A stretch of 64,000 nt of DNA, from NCBI GenBank assembly GCA_011109175.1, contig RDEW01000035.1, positions 448,902 to 512,901 of the forward strand. The letters run 5' to 3'. The stretch comes from Dicyema japonicum (Eukaryota > Animalia > Dicyemida). The notes beneath the pieces are model-generated. The model was given only the letters and a program-made list of their open reading frames with translations. It did not search any database and was not told the DNA's origin. Shown here piece after piece: positions 27,101 to 41,390 of this stretch (position 1 is its first letter; each line of letters starts with the position of its first letter). A program made the position numbers and the translations under genes.

Positions 27101-28517
27101 GTTCAGTCTTCTCAGACAAAATTGGGAACTATTTCCTCTATCGCCCCCCAGTATAACCACAGAGTTACGAATCTCAAAATAACTAGAAGTATTGATGAGT
27201 GTCGATGCTGAGCAAGTAATAGAATCGGTAATTAATGCATTGTAGTCTTCCAAATGAACGTTGCATGTATCCCCCACAGATATCGATAACTTGTTGTCGT
27301 GTAATCTAATCTCAGTGAGAATCCAAGTGGCTGATCTCACTTGCTCGTGTTTGACTACCAATGAGTAGAACTGCCCTTCCGCGACCAATTCGAGGCGTAT
27401 TTTCCAGTTCACTAACTTCAAAGTCAGTTTGGTGCTCCCCGATTGACTCTCCAGATTACTCCGGACGCTGAATTTGAAGAAAATCTAAAAAGTATATAAA
27501 TCATGAAACTCAAAGCTGATAGTGAATATTTGTGTTATTTCCACCGCCAAAATTGCATGGGAGTTGGTTCCACTTTCGAAATAAACGCAGTCGTGTCTGT
27601 CTTCAGGATTATTAATTCTCCGTTCTCCTTGCAATGTTGGGAGACATTCAAAATCATCTCCATCCAAACATTGGGGAATTTCAACATTACAATCACTCTG
27701 CTTGTTTTCCTCGATTGTTGAACTTCCATATGCAGGGGGACAGTAACATGTGGAATTTCTAATTATACTGAGTGGAAGTATTAAAGGATATTTTAGAGGA
27801 CTGTTTTCAGATAAACTGAGTTGAACAATACTGGAGGAATGACTGAATGAATGACAGTCAATGTGGGGGGAATGTTCCACTCTAAACTGAAATAAAACAT
27901 CCATTTTCTGATATTGGAGGAATTTCTCAATAAATTGTTCATCAAAAAGGAGTATCTTTCCGTTATTTTCGACGAGTCCGACGATAATATGAACTCTGTG
28001 GTAATTTAGGGAATATCCCTCGACTCCGATAATTCTAATGATAACATTTCGTTTATATATATTTTCGAATTCATTTTTTAAGTTTTTCGACAAAACATGC
28101 CCATTAAAGTATTTCACTACCAAAGTCACAAGGGAGTTGTTAACGTTTCCCCCCGTGAGTTGCCAGACAGATAAAGAGCACGTGCATTGATTGACTCCTT
28201 GCCAATCTGTTTGTAAATATTAATATTTAACCATAAACGTAAATTGGAATGGATGTTTCGTATGAAAAATCAGGGGGAAGGAAATAATTCATGACTTGTA
28301 TTACCCCAGAACGAGGGTCGATTTCGAACCATGAACTGTAATTACTATGCACTTCATAATGTCGATGAGGGGACCACCCTGGGTACTCCCCTAATGAGTA
28401 TTTATTCTCATAAAGTCCCTCAATTTGATTGAGCTCAATGCGACACTTTTCACAGGCCTAATATTTGGTGGTAAATACAACCTGAACTATAATGAGGAGA
28501 GCAATGATCACCCACAT
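24083..28517 (-). CDS. CELSR/Flamingo-like adhesion GPCR, strongly shortened
   Basis: Signal peptide MWVIIALLIIVQA, one cadherin-like repeat, EGF, LamG, EGF, LamG, HormR (WPRG..C..GW.KPDLSNC), GAIN/GPS-like region and 7TM. Introns about 23-25 nt where resolved; some internal junctions unresolved. Confidence 0.85.
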
Positions 28518-29279
28518 GTTTGCCATTGACTCGTAGCGGAACTAAATTACTTATGATTTGATCAATGCGGAGATAAACAATGAGACAGCGTAATAATTGG
28601 CAATAAACATGCACAGACATTGAAATTATCGTGACAGCGTCAATCATTCTATTTTAGAGTGCAGTCCTGGAAACTGGTTATAATGAGTCTATATTTAATT
28701 CATATATCCCGCTGATTTTTATTAAATTGACACTTATTGCACTTTTCTAACAATTTGTCGATAATTTAATTAATTTATATTGAAGGGATTCTGATTTAAT
28801 TACAAGTTATTAATTGTCACAATTATGTTAGATTACAACAATTTTGGAATCCCCCAGAGGATTGATACCAGCGGTCTCCCACATGCTAGAGGTGAGGGTA
28901 ACTAACAATTGAATCAATATGTGTGGTGGTCTAATGCTATCTTTATTAAATAACAGTTTTGACTGGGAATGCCATCAAAATTAAGTAATCCCTGCATACT
29001 GGGTGACAATATGTGGGTGTTCTCATTCTTTTCTCTTTACCTTCCCAACTGGTCATGACCAAAAACTATTTAACTTTAACTTAACAGACAAATAGATTAT
29101 GTTTAAAAGGGGTTTATCATTAATTACAAGAATTAAATAGTAAAGACTAATCAATACTTTTATTTATGATTGTCCATATTTTATTTTCTAACCCACCTTC
29201 AACAATTATGCTCCACCTTGGTAAAACACACATTTTATTAAAGAACAGTGGGGAACTTTTGGTTACGTTAGGGATTTAA

Positions 29280-31600
29280 ACCTTAATGACACGTACAAAT
29301 GCTAAAGATGTGAATGTTAACATATTAAGATTAAAAAAACGAAGAAAAAGTCTAAAATTCAGAACTTTGATGTTATTTATGTGCCCTCTGAAGCGGTTCT
29401 AACAAATAAATTCAGAGGCCAAAGTCAACGCTGAGAATTCCACATCGATGGTCCTGCAGGACTTTTCGGTTTCCGAGAATCTGTTTGAACAGATCTCTAT
29501 GAACTCAAATATGGGTGCAATAAAAATCGCAAATATCCTTCTTTCATATGACCTAATAATGAGCCATATTGGTTTTGGCGTCTTCCAACTGGAATTTAAT
29601 GAGGAAGGGACAAAAGAAACTTTTTAGATACAGTGAATACTAAATGTCTTTTTGGACAAGGTAATCTTGAAAAACTTGCCTTTTTTGAAGATGACAATGA
29701 CTTATATGAGTATTTTAAGGGTATGGGACCCTCTACTGTGAAAGAATCAGTTCTACATGGGAGACAGGAACCTCCCTACTACGAAAGTGTCCAGTGAGGC
29801 AGAGGGAATGTTGCTTGTCTGTTTGACCTCTCGGTTGCTCGTGAGACAATCATTTGTTAATGGATGAGGAAAGGTCCACCAAAATGCTAAAACTGTAAGC
29901 TATACGAATACATATCTGATTTCTGCAAGAAGAGATGCTGTGGTAGGGACTATGATCTTGTCAGCTGTGAGGGTGTATCAGGATCGAAGGTGTACTGCAT
30001 CAACCTATGCTGGAGAAATACCAGAGAACTAGAGGAGAATAGTCGGTTAACTTCTCTGAGCAAGTTGAGACGCTTTATTCACAGCATAAAAAGGCTAAAT
30101 CCGATTTCTTTGGTAAAGACATTGATAAAAAGTATGTTGAAACGAAAATGGAAAAACGAAGCCCCAAAAATTGACATTAATAATCCATCCCTCTATAAAA
30201 GTTGGTATGTTCTTGAACAGATGTGGAGAAAGTGTTTCTGGACAACCAGATGGTGGTTTCTATGGAGGAAATTCCTTTTGTTTTCAAGAAACAGCTGGAA
30301 AGTATACAGTACGTTCAACTGATTCTAATCCTGAAGACAGGAAGAAGATTCGCTGAATTTAATCAAGTACTCTGAATAAGGGCTAAGGATAAAGGACGTG
30401 AAGACGGTGAGCATGGAGAGTAAAATCAACGCGTCAGGACACGAACATATAAATATGATCATTTTAAAAGATGGACGTTTGTGTTTTACAAAAAACCTCA
30501 GGCTTGGATATAGAAGTGTATAGTGAGGTTGATCCCAAAGTCAGGAAATCTAAAAGGGGTCTTATGAACTACCGACCAATTAGTCTTGTATGCTCCATTT
30601 CAAAGATAATCGAGCGGGTTGTTTTCAAAATTTTGAATATAGCGATTTCTGTTACCGCATCAATGGGATTTTCACCTGGGAAGTCCTGTGCCGACTGTTC
30701 GGAGATTATGAAGACCATAGATAGCCGAATACAGCTAAACCTGCATTCGACAGTATTTGGAACGAAGCACTTCTGAATCACCTCGTTTCGGTGGATATTC
30801 CTAAGTATCCATTCAATTGGATAAGAGATTTCTTCCCCGGAAGGGAATCCTATGTGAAAGTGGGTGGAATTATCTCCAGTGGGTTCTCCCTTATCAGGAG
30901 GGGGTTCCACAGGGATCAGTGCTGAGCTCAATCCTATTTAATATCTTCATGGCGTGTTTCCCAAAACCGCAGAGCTAATTCTATAATCCTGATTTATGCG
31001 GACGACATTGTTAATGCTTCCAAAAGGTCATTTTCAGAAAGCTAAAAGGGTACATGGACACTGGTAAGGATGAGAGGGTTAAAGCTTTCTGGTGAAAACT
31101 CCAACAGTGGCATCAGGAAACAGTTAAAGCAAGAATACACTCCACTGTGCATTCACTACAATATTTGGGAGTAGACATTGGCTGTAGTTGAGAAGGAAGC
31201 TCTCCAAGCTCTTTTATGCATCCGCAAGTTGCGTATCAATGAGGATACCTTTCTACTCATCTTTCGGGGAATAATTCAACCCAATTTACTCCATGAAAAT
31301 ATTCTCTCACGAATATGGATAGAATAATATCTCCATTGGAGAAAACAAGGAGAATGACCATTAAGTTGGAGGTAGGACAAAGGTTATGCGATGAGCTAGA
31401 TGAGGAAAAGGATGAACTGCTTAAACCGATTAAGTGCGTGATGGATTAATGGTTTCACAGTGAGAACCAATATCCAACACTCCTACACATCAATGTGGAC
31501 CAACTATAGAGAAGAAGGATTTGGTGAAGTGTCCAAGCCACGTGGAAGGAGTAGTCCTTAATAAAGTTGTTGTAAAGAGCAGTTATGCTAACTAATCGTC
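29280..31600 (+). mobile_element. Degraded LINE: gag-like ORF1 plus RT fragments
   Basis: Zinc-knuckle remnants (PPKC.NC, YCINLC), NYRPISLVCSISKIIE, GVPQGSVLS and IYADD. Confidence 0.75.
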
Positions 31601-31609
31601 GAGAAAAAA

Positions 31610-32440
31610 GTTATTAACTATTTTTTCTTTTGTAGGCGTGAGTTTCTGTAGACGATCTGGTTCCGCAGTCCTCAACGTGACTAGGGAACGTCTTAAGTAT
31701 GTCGAAATTAGCTCCAACAATCTGCAGACATCGCATGTAGGTATCGGAATATCCCCAAGGAATGACTAAGTCCACCTTAAATCCCCCATCAGTAGTAAAC
31801 AATGTGAATTGAGATTTGGAGATATACAGAGAGTATATTGGCAGATAGTCCTGGTTGACTGAACCACCGCAGACATGGAGGGAGATCTATCCCTTGCGGC
31901 GATAATTAAATCATTGGCGTAAGACAAATTGAAAATAAACAGGGAATCTTGTGGAACCCCATTTGGGAGTAGGGATTTTGAAGTACTTTTATCAATCTGA
32001 ACTCCTCCGTGTAGGCCAGAAAGAAAAATCTCCAGCCATAGCTTGAAACAGAGTCGATGGGCACTGATAGAACGTCCTGCACTAAAGTCATGCTGAAACA
32101 GACAAAACATGGGAGATTAACCTCAGTACCAACCTCTCCATTATTTTCACAAAATGTAAGTTATGAGACGTAAGAGGAATGGGATATCTTTCAGTTTTCA
32201 CGGTTTGATATTGTTGTGATAAGAGAATTTAGAGTGTGTGGGAATTATAGAGTAGTTGTGTAGATCTATAACACGATCATCCCCCAGGTGCTGGAGGTAA
32301 ATAGCAGGAACACTGCCAGGGCCACAAACAGGTGTGGGGTGTAGTAATTTAACAGACTTGTCCACATCATGAAGAGTAAAGAAGGTAGTGTAAGGTTCTG
32401 GGGGTTCCTAATAATTAGGAGTAACGGTTTCCTCTTCCAT
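31610..32440 (-). mobile_element. Degraded LINE fragment
   Basis: KSLLPNGVPQDSL and YANDLIIAARD; resembles 6560-6720. Confidence 0.6.
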
Positions 32441-32614
32441 CTTATAATTTAATTTTTTAACGTCTTGGAAAAAACAGCACACGACAGCTTATGACAAAGG
32501 CTCTCACCCAATTGGGGATTGCAGTCGTCTAAAGGTTTCATTAAAGCGGTGGTTCACCCATTTGTGAAGAAAGGTAATTTTACCACGTGATTACATCCAT
32601 TCTGATTAATTACT

Positions 32615-32870
32615 CACGTGGCGCCATGTGGCTAATTGGTTGAAAATTTATCTTCCTTCTTATAATGGCGTCATTGGAACAACCTAACTAAGGAGACACC
32701 CAATGCCTGACCGACATACAAAAGGATCCAATTATTCATTCCACTGGAGACAATTTCTGGATTCTACCTCATCTTCCTGGACAAGGTCTTCGGAATCACT
32801 GTTCTCGAATGCATCAGGATCAAGGAATTAGTTAGTTTGGTTTTACTCTTGGTTTTGGAACAATTTTATT
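32615..32870 (+). mobile_element. SINE-like element, copy C
   Basis: Head CACGTGGCGCCATGTGGCTAATTGGTTGAA; body aligns with copy B; stem CAGGATCAAG/CTTGGTTTTG. Confidence 0.7.
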
Positions 32871-33049
32871 TTGTTTATCTTTGAATATTTTTAATTAAAG
32901 TAATATTTAAAAATTGTACGACATTGGAATCACAACCCATCATTTAAATTAAGTCCTCTTAAGAAAATTGAACAAATGTGAATATAATCTGACCACTACT
33001 ATTCATAGATTATATATTTGATTTAACACGAAAATTTATTTTATAATAT

Positions 33050-34035
33050 TTGTTGATATAAATATAATCATTGATCTCCACCGACGTACCTCTCACCATG
33101 GATATATTCTCCCATCAGCACCCACATTATTCCTCTCTTAACTTCAAGATGATTCTCACTACTGAATCATCAAAAGATAAACTTACAGTTTGGCCGTCGG
33201 AGCACTTTTAAATTTTATGCAGACATAAATTTGAAGGATTATTAAAAATCGGATCAATACCAGCGTCCTTGTCTGGTTGCTAGGAAATTCAAGGGAGAAG
33301 GTGAAGTATTGGGACCCATCTCGATTTCTATCTGATTGAGATTGAAAATATGTCAAACGCATCATTTCCGATTAGACGGAACTGTCGATATCCTTGTCAC
33401 AAAATGTGAACAAAAGTACCCCCTCGGTACTGGAACTCACTAGACATTGACTGAGGAAACGAAAAACTGCCTGGTGGAACTAAATCTTTTTAAAAAGCCA
33501 TGGGACACTACCTGTATCGACTCCCTATGTCCTAGTAGCATTATCGAGAGCGTAGTGACAGTTCTATCTGCTGCAGAAATCTCCCACGCACCTCTGTTGT
33601 TAAATAGAACTTATAATGATTCGGGTAGTCAGCGGATTTCAGTTGTAGTTTTAAATTATTCAGTCCCCTTTGAAAGACGACTGGCGATGCTACTTTGCCC
33701 TTCACGGAAACGATCTTGATAAAACATGGTAGTCTTCCATTGACATCGATAGCTATCATAAAGGGAACATAACATGAATTATGATTGCAAAGTTATTTAC
33801 TCGTGAAAATAAACAATTAGAATATATAATTTAGTTTTAAAAATATCGAGAAATCAATAATACTTCATTCCAAGTTATAAAAAACGCAAAACAATAAATT
33901 AAACTGAGCAGATATACATAACGAACAAGAGAGCATACAATCCTTTAATATTCGGTAGGACCCTGATCACAATAAATTTACACATAGACGTGATGTGGTA
34001 TGAAGGAAAGAAGAAATTGATAAATATTAGACATA
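33050..34035 (-). CDS. Possible spliced host gene, unknown product
   Basis: Short minus-strand ORFs separated by candidate 19-27 nt GT-AG segments. No TE motifs seen. Model not fully resolved. Confidence 0.3.
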
Positions 34036-34128
34036 ACTAATAAAGAACAATAATTTTATTGAACAGGGGGCAGATATTGTTAAACGAAAATGACCCATAC
34101 TACTATGCCCCCAAAAGAATTCTAGCAA

Positions 34129-34858
34129 CTAATTATCAACTGGGGACTTATTATCCCCATTCTCCCGTCTCTGTCCCTCATTGTTCCTTCCGTAATTCCT
34201 TCCTCTTCTTTGATATCCTCCTCTTCTATCATCGTCCCTTCTCTGTCCATCTCTTCTATCCTCGTATTGTCTATCCTCTCTCCTCGGTCTCTCTTCATAA
34301 TTATCTCGCCTTGGTCTTTCCTCATACACTCTGTCATCCCTTCTCGGTCTATCATCTCTCCTCTGGTATCTCCTATCATCCTCGTAGTAGTAATCATTTC
34401 TCTCAAAGTCCCCCCTTTCGTCATTTCTATAAGGTCTCCTGTCATTCCTTCTGGGACGGAACTGCATATTATCGTATCTCTACCAATAATAAACAATCAA
34501 ACATCTCTATCATCACGTCCTCTATTTCCTTGGTAGTAATTCTGGGAGAACCTGGAACCATTAAGTTGTGAATCATTAGGTCCGGTAATGTTTATTGCCT
34601 CAATTCCCTTCTCAGTCTGTCTGACATCAAACTCTATCGCCTCTTCTTCTTCAACGCTATAGGACCCATTCTTGGCCTCTCGCGAAATGGAAGTCTATAT
34701 ACTAACCCATATTTCAATACAGCATGAATAAAAACATCCTCGTGTGTATCGTTCCTCTCCGCGAAGCCAAAACCTCTTCGGCAATTAAACCATTTAACAC
34801 GCCCCTGGATCTTTGATGTTGCAGGCTCTGCTCGCTCAACTGGCGCTATATCCGACAT
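34129..34858 (-). CDS. Y-box cold-shock domain protein
   Basis: [21 protein letters not shown], then after a 26-nt intron [19 protein letters not shown], then after a 23-nt intron an Arg/Asp-rich tail. Confidence 0.92.
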
Positions 34859-35499
34859 GCTCAACTAGATAACAACTGACACGTTATATTTTAATATACT
34901 ATTATTTTAGGTTAACCATTAAATATATTATTTATTAGTATTATTTTAAATATTACATTTATTACAGTTATTTTTAGAATAGGCAATTGTTATTAAAAAT
35001 TAAAAAATTAAAAAATCCTAGTATTAAATTAGTCGGTATAACATTGAAACCTGCTAAGTAGACATTATAATGAGTAATTTATATGTCATTAATAGATGCT
35101 TGTGGTTGATCGTCATTATAATTATCGATCAAGTAGCCATAATTAGTAATTTATTAATAAAATGAGGTTAGACTGAATAAAATATTTTATGAATTTCTAT
35201 GTATTTAATTTACTAAACCAATTCTTATAATAAGTACTTTATGAGTATTTATCAATTAAAGATTATAATAATCGTTTGTCTAGTTTGTATTTACCCATCT
35301 CAATTTGATTGTACTAGACCTGAGTACTCAAGTGATGGTGGGCTGGTCGTTAAGGCTTAATATTCAAACATTTTCTTATTTCTTTGAGACTTATTGTCCA
35401 AAGTCACTGCTTTCAATCATGACCATGGAAACTCTAATACAATCAATACAACTTTATTCCATCATTGAAATAATTGATGAATGCCACCTAAAAGACTTT

Positions 35500-36240
35500 C
35501 CTCCGATGTCTACCTCAAGATCCACTTGATGGAGAACCGATCCCCAGTGCTATGGTACTTACTCCTTTTCGAATCTTCATCAGTACTCGCTGTGGAACCC
35601 GGCACAAAGATGACTTGTGCAGATTCACGTTTGAGAAAGTAACCGTGCACGTTGTGTCACAAAAAAGAAACCTCCCTTTGGTCCATTGTATGGTATTTAC
35701 GCCATCCGGCCTCTTGTCATCGCCTCTATCAAGTCCGACGACTTCCAGAAGTCAAGTAAACCCGGTGTCTTCGATAGCCTTCATGACAGTCGAGTTTAAC
35801 ATGACGTGGCGAAAGGATCTCCCAGGTCCCCGTGCATGACAACAGATGTAGTCCTTTCCTGTCAACCATCCCACCACATCGGCATCGGTGTTCCAAGAAG
35901 ACATCGAGGCTTAACCAAAGAGAAACTTCAACATGAAAAGTATTGCCATTGAGCTAAGACCCCAAATTCTCAGCGGACACTGAATTTAGACGTGTAGACT
36001 ATAATTGATTTAAAAGTTTATTATGCCAGAAGCTACCAAAGAGTTCCAATATACTCAGGCATACAACATTCAACCGATCTGTAAAATCCCACACCTTGTC
36101 AGAGTTGATATGGAAAAGACAGCCCAAGGTCGCAAACCTAATCCATCAGTTTCAGAACATTCCCGACTCAAAAATATGCATTTCCATAATGTGACCTATT
36201 CTTGTACTATCAGTACTCCACTAAGAGTTCTTGAATGATT
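35500..36240 (-). mobile_element. CRE-like RLE retrotransposon remnant
   Basis: GLGLRP, RSFRHVMLN, GLDRGDDKRPDG and CDTTCT. Confidence 0.75.
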
Positions 36241-36456
36241 TCTCAGTTTCTGAGTTCGTCATCAAACATAAGATTTCTACTCTATAAGAGTTCTGAATAT
36301 TGAGGACACCTCTGGGTCGACACGCTATCGCCACTTTGTCGGATTAGAATAACACCCACTTTCATAACACATAATCTCCAAGGAGTATCAAAAAGATCGG
36401 TTTCTTTTCGTTGGTCCCCCACCCCAAGGCAACAAATGAGATAATCTGATTAAGGT

Positions 36457-37502
36457 TTAGGAATTACATAGTTTATTGACAATAAAATTAAAATGGTCAT
36501 GAAGATAGACGTGGTGATTACCTCCCTTAATGACGATTATTTGAATATCAAGGTCAGGTCTCATTCTCTTAAGCAGATAAGACCCTTCATTGCTAATGTA
36601 TGACTTTGATCCATAGATCATAATTATTGGAAAGCCAACATCATTTGACTCTGACATTCTGGTGGAAACTGGATTAGTCGGATAAGCAAACCAGGTCATT
36701 AGTCGTTTGAAAGCATATTCTCCTCTAAAAATTACTGAATATCATACGATGGACTACGTTTATTACACGCAACAATGTAGTTGACAAAAACATCATCACC
36801 CACGTGTTCAAAGAGGGAGATCAAATCACTCCTCCAGAACTTGACAACCCTGTTAGCTCAAATAGAACGAATAATTACCGAAAGGACCGCACATACGCAT
36901 TATGGATGAGGGAGTACAATAACTAGTAAATATTTTAACGAGATTGTATGTTATAAATGACAAGTTCCCTCTTATTTCATCATCATTTGGTCTCTCTGAG
37001 AATCCCCAAGGTTCAGCCAAAATCAGTTTTTCCACACGCGTTGGATATCTCATAGAGTACAATGCAGCCTAGGGTTGTACTAAGGCTTACTAAATATCCA
37101 CCAAAACTGTGGCCTAAGAGTATGACTTTGGTTATATTCATTTGATCGAGGAATTCGGAGATTGTGTTAATAAAGTAGTCTTCAATCGCTTGGCACGTGT
37201 TTGGGAATGTTGGACGAGAACTTTTGGCAAATCCAATAACATCAAAGGAATAAAGAGGACGATGTGAGGAGAGTTGATCAAAGTTCTTAATCCAAAAGCC
37301 ATTTCCTGCACATAATCCATGAATCAGCACAATGGGGACATTGGAATTGTATTCGTTAAAATATATAACCGAGAGTTGATCACCATTCAATAGTTTCAGT
37401 ATTGTCTGTTTGTATGGAGTATTTAAAGCTGGAAAATAATATTTATAAATAACTTGATAATATTTTATTCTCATATTTAGTAATGTTGTCGCATTCTCCC
37501 AT
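36457..37502 (-). CDS. ABHD4/ABHD5-family alpha/beta hydrolase; Ser nucleophile makes it ABHD4-like
   Basis: LIHG, FDVIGFAKSSRP, LLGHSFGGYL, LILAEPWGF and C-terminal HHVYLHD (HX4D); micro-introns. Confidence 0.9.
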
Positions 37503-38769
37503 ACGAAACATAATTAACTTTGAATTAATAAATTTATTAATAAAATAAAACAATAAATAAATATTGTATGGTTGGCACAAACGGGACCTTGGTTAATATA
37601 ACGTTCTCTCGTTCTGTGAAAGTGCTATTCTTGGTTGAAATGGTGACGTGGTTCTTGAATTATTATGTCTATTTTACACATGTCGAATGATTTCTTTACA
37701 CTGGATCATTCAACGTTCGAGGATTGAAAGGAAAACATAAAAGGGAGCATTTAATAAGTGACTCAACATCATATAGAGTTACTATATGCAGTATACAGGA
37801 GACTAAAGTAAAGGATGTTGCTGAAGAGAATTACGGAGAGTTTAGACTTATACTACTAGACTCCGAATTCAACCACTACGGACTTGGCTTTGCTATACAT
37901 CAATGTCTTGATGGGAGAATCCACAGAGTGTGGAGGGTGAATAACAGAATAGCAGTACTCCAGATTAAGAGTGGGAGGACTGATAATTCCTTTATATGCA
38001 TAATTAATGTCTACGCACCCACAATGGCGAGGGTTTCTACAAATCCGGATGAACTTGATCTGTTTTATATGTTACTAACGGATACCATCTCTGATCTCTA
38101 AAGCTCGTTTATGACCTTTTTGTGTGAAGACTGGAATGCTAAAGTGGGACACTGTACATGGAGAGAACCCTGTATGGGTAGGCATGCCAGGGGGAGGAGG
38201 AATATGTCAGGAACATCGCTCGTGCAATTTTGTAACATGTAATTCTGCATTCGATCATAATGCGAGGCATAAGACTACGTTGACTGGACTCAATAAGATA
38301 TTTGAGACGCATTCTCCCTTGAAACTTGGTGATAGAATTTTGGTTCCTCTGCATAAACCAGGAAAGAGCAAGGGACCGATAAAAATATGAGACCTGTGAT
38401 ATTACTGGATATATTGACGAAGATACTATCTCTGATAACCCTTAGTCGGATATCTTCTGATGCTTGTGAATTTTTGTTGCTGGGACAGAGTGGGTTCAGA
38501 AAGGGACGCTCGACAGCAGATGCTGTTTGGTCCCACAGGTGGATATGTGTCATGTGTCAACGATACAGAAGTGATTTTAAGATTTTGGGAGTGGACATGT
38601 CAGTGCGTTTGACACTGTCAACAGAAAAACATTGTTGGACGTTGCTGGGAGTTTCCTTGATGAGGATAACACAAGACTTGTCCGTTTCCTATTATTTAAC
38701 ACTGAATTAATTGTACAAGTTGGGAACACAACATCGAAGCCTTTCGTGACAACAGTTAGAATACCTCTG

Positions 38770-41390
38770 TTTCGGGAAGAGAAACCACAAGGTGATCGAA
38801 CTCCAAGAGAGGCTTTTGGAAATTTTTCTAAAGAATGTGCCAATATGGATTGAGGAAGACGAACTTATGGCTTACATGAAAGTAATTATTCCAACCACTG
38901 AGTCGGTGAGACGTACTGTAAGGAATGAAAGAAAACTCACTGTTGTAAAGATGAGCTTAAAGTCAAGGGCAGAAGCTACGTCCTTGATACGCCTGGGTCT
39001 TGTCAAAGACCACCCAAAATGCTTTAATTGTCAATATTTCGGACACATTGCAAGACATTGCAATGGGCAAAGAGATGTTTCTTCTGTGGAGGACCACATA
39101 GTTCCCGGAGTGCCCAGAACCGAACAATAGAAGATCCTGTATCAACTGCGGGTCTGGTGATCACAGAACGAGTTATGGTGGTTGTCCGGTGACCAGGGAA
39201 GCCGTGGCCTCCACAGGAAGAGAAACCGAATGTCATGGGTTAGGAACATGGAGGAGAGGAGAAAATCCTTCTCCGCCACGTTACCTATATACGAAGTCTA
39301 GTGAAAACAAGCAGGACGACATAATAAAAAATCAACCTCTAAAATACGATATTATGAATCCAACACAGAAAAGGCCAATTGTGGATAAAGAACACCTGGA
39401 GGATAAGCTAAAAAGGTCCTGCTAGGAATTTATGCCGGGGACATCTGAAAAGACAATCGAGAGAACTTAAATATGTGATTAACCGTCTAAACGAAGAGTG
39501 TGATAAGGTAAACTTGGATGTACAGCAAGCGGTGGCTCTGGTCCTGAAGAGATCATGCCGCTAAGACCAGTGATCCAAAACATAAAGATCATGTTCGTTA
39601 ATGCCCGATCAATCCTGATGAGGCATCACGAGCTAGCTTCCCTGGCGAATGCCGAGGAAGCTGATATAATAATTGTCAACGAAACGAAAGATGAAGTCAA
39701 ATGAGAATACAGTACTCCCGGGTTTTGAATCGATATCTTTATACTGGAAAGAGGGGGCTATACAAGGGACTGGGAACATCAATTTTTATCGGTGTCATCT
39801 AAAGACAAGGAATCCGAGATTTATTTCATGAATTTGTTGTGAGTTTGTCGCCATTGATGTTCGTTCTGTCGACGGTCGGCTCGCAATTGGCAGTATTCCA
39901 AATCCTTGGGGAAATGTACCAGAGATATCTCCCAGTTCTTCAATGAAAACCCGATGGCCATACTGGAAGGTGATCCCAACTCCAAAAGCAAATCCTTTGG
40001 CTGCAAAAAGAGTAACAGGTATGGCAAGCTCTTGATGAAGCTATCTAAAGGCCTAGGAGTAAAAGTCCTTACATCGAAAGACGCTAGGATGTTCAAAGAA
40101 GGCCCGGAAATTTGATTCGAAGTTCTCAAAGATATGTTTAACGCATGCATCAAAATTGGTCATCTTGCACACGAATGGAAGAAGACTATTGTACGGATAA
40201 TAGCGAAAACAGGAAGACCAAAGAATGATCCTGCTAACTACCGCCCGATCAGCCTGATTCGGTCAATTTCAAAAATTATGGAAAAAATTGTCTTCTGGAG
40301 ACTTACAAATCAGCTGGAAAAAGAAGACTACTTCAGAAGTGATCAATTTGGTTTTCGCCCAGGACGATCATGCGGTGATTGCCTATTTCATATCAACTCT
40401 TAGTTATGCAAAGCCAGAGAATCCAAATGTCTCTTGAATGTCATATGTCTCGACATATCAAAAGCATTTGACAGTGTTAACCACAGAGCCATAATTGGTC
40501 AGTTATCTAGGACTGGGAGCCCAAAGGAACTAGTGAATTGGGTGAAAGTGTACCTAAAAGGAAGAAAATCCTATGTTAGATGCGGACGCTATTTTTCAAA
40601 TATTATATTATTGAAGAGAGGAGTCCCACAAGGATCAATTTTGAGCCCTCTATTGTTTAATGTTCTAATGGTTTCCAGTCTCCGTCTACACCAAATACGT
40701 GATCTCTGATATACGCAGACGACGTGCTATTGTCTGATGTGTCGAGATCGAACATGATCTCAGAGAGGAGACTCAATGTGTACATAGAAGAGATACAAGA
40801 CTGGTGCAGTCTTTATAGGTTAAAACTGTCAGAAGAAAAATCTAGTGCAATGATGTTCTTCGGTCAGAATGGTAAAGGAATTCAGAATGACTCCGTATGC
40901 GGAATCAACATTGTGAGCTCCCTGAAGTACTTCGGAACAGCTTTTGAGAAATCTGGGAGCATATTGTGCAATTTTAAACTCAAAAGGAAGAATGCCCACT
41001 ATGCGATATTGTGTATGAAGAAATCGAAACTCGAAATGGATATGTTTTTATTTATTTTTTCACATAAGATCATTCCATCATTCCTTTATGGAATGGAAGG
41101 ATGGTATTACATTGCATATAAAGAGCGTTTTATCTTTCTTCTTGAAAAATCGAGAAGAGTAGGGATCAAGATTGCCTACACAAAAAGCTCGACGAGAAGC
41201 TAGATGAAGATGAAAATTTGCTAGTAATGTCGATAAGAGATGCAGCAGAAAAAAGGATGGAAAACTACCTAAAAAGAGATGCCATCATTGACTCGTATGT
41301 TGCAGCACAGAATAAACGATAAAAATGGTCTGAGAGCGCAGAGAAGGTCCAAGCGTTTGCAGGACTTGCGGCATGAGACCAAATAACTCC
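38770..41390 (+). mobile_element. I/Jockey-like LINE (ORF1 plus ORF2), decayed
   Basis: Knuckles CFNCQYFGHIARHC and CINCGSGDH; APE FVNARSI; RT NYRPISLI, LDISKAFD, GVPQGSILSPLLF and YADD. Confidence 0.85.

Noticed and set aside
28660-29000. Small plus-strand spliced gene divergent from the CELSR-like gene
   Set aside because: Some segments join in frame, but I found no convincing start or recognisable motif.
29280-29800. Host gene with a frameshift
   Set aside because: It runs into gag-type zinc knuckles and RT motifs, so it is a decayed LINE ORF1.
34059-34571. Plus-strand ORFs 34059-34571 and 34210-34536, and minus ORF 34122-34496
   Set aside because: They are antisense or alternate-frame shadows of the repetitive Arg/Asp tail of the Y-box gene.
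37573-37650. HDV-like, hammerhead or twister ribozyme at the RTE 5' end
   Set aside because: I could fold a hairpin but could not fit the nested pseudoknot or the CUGANGA/GAAA cores by eye. A descriptor search would be needed.
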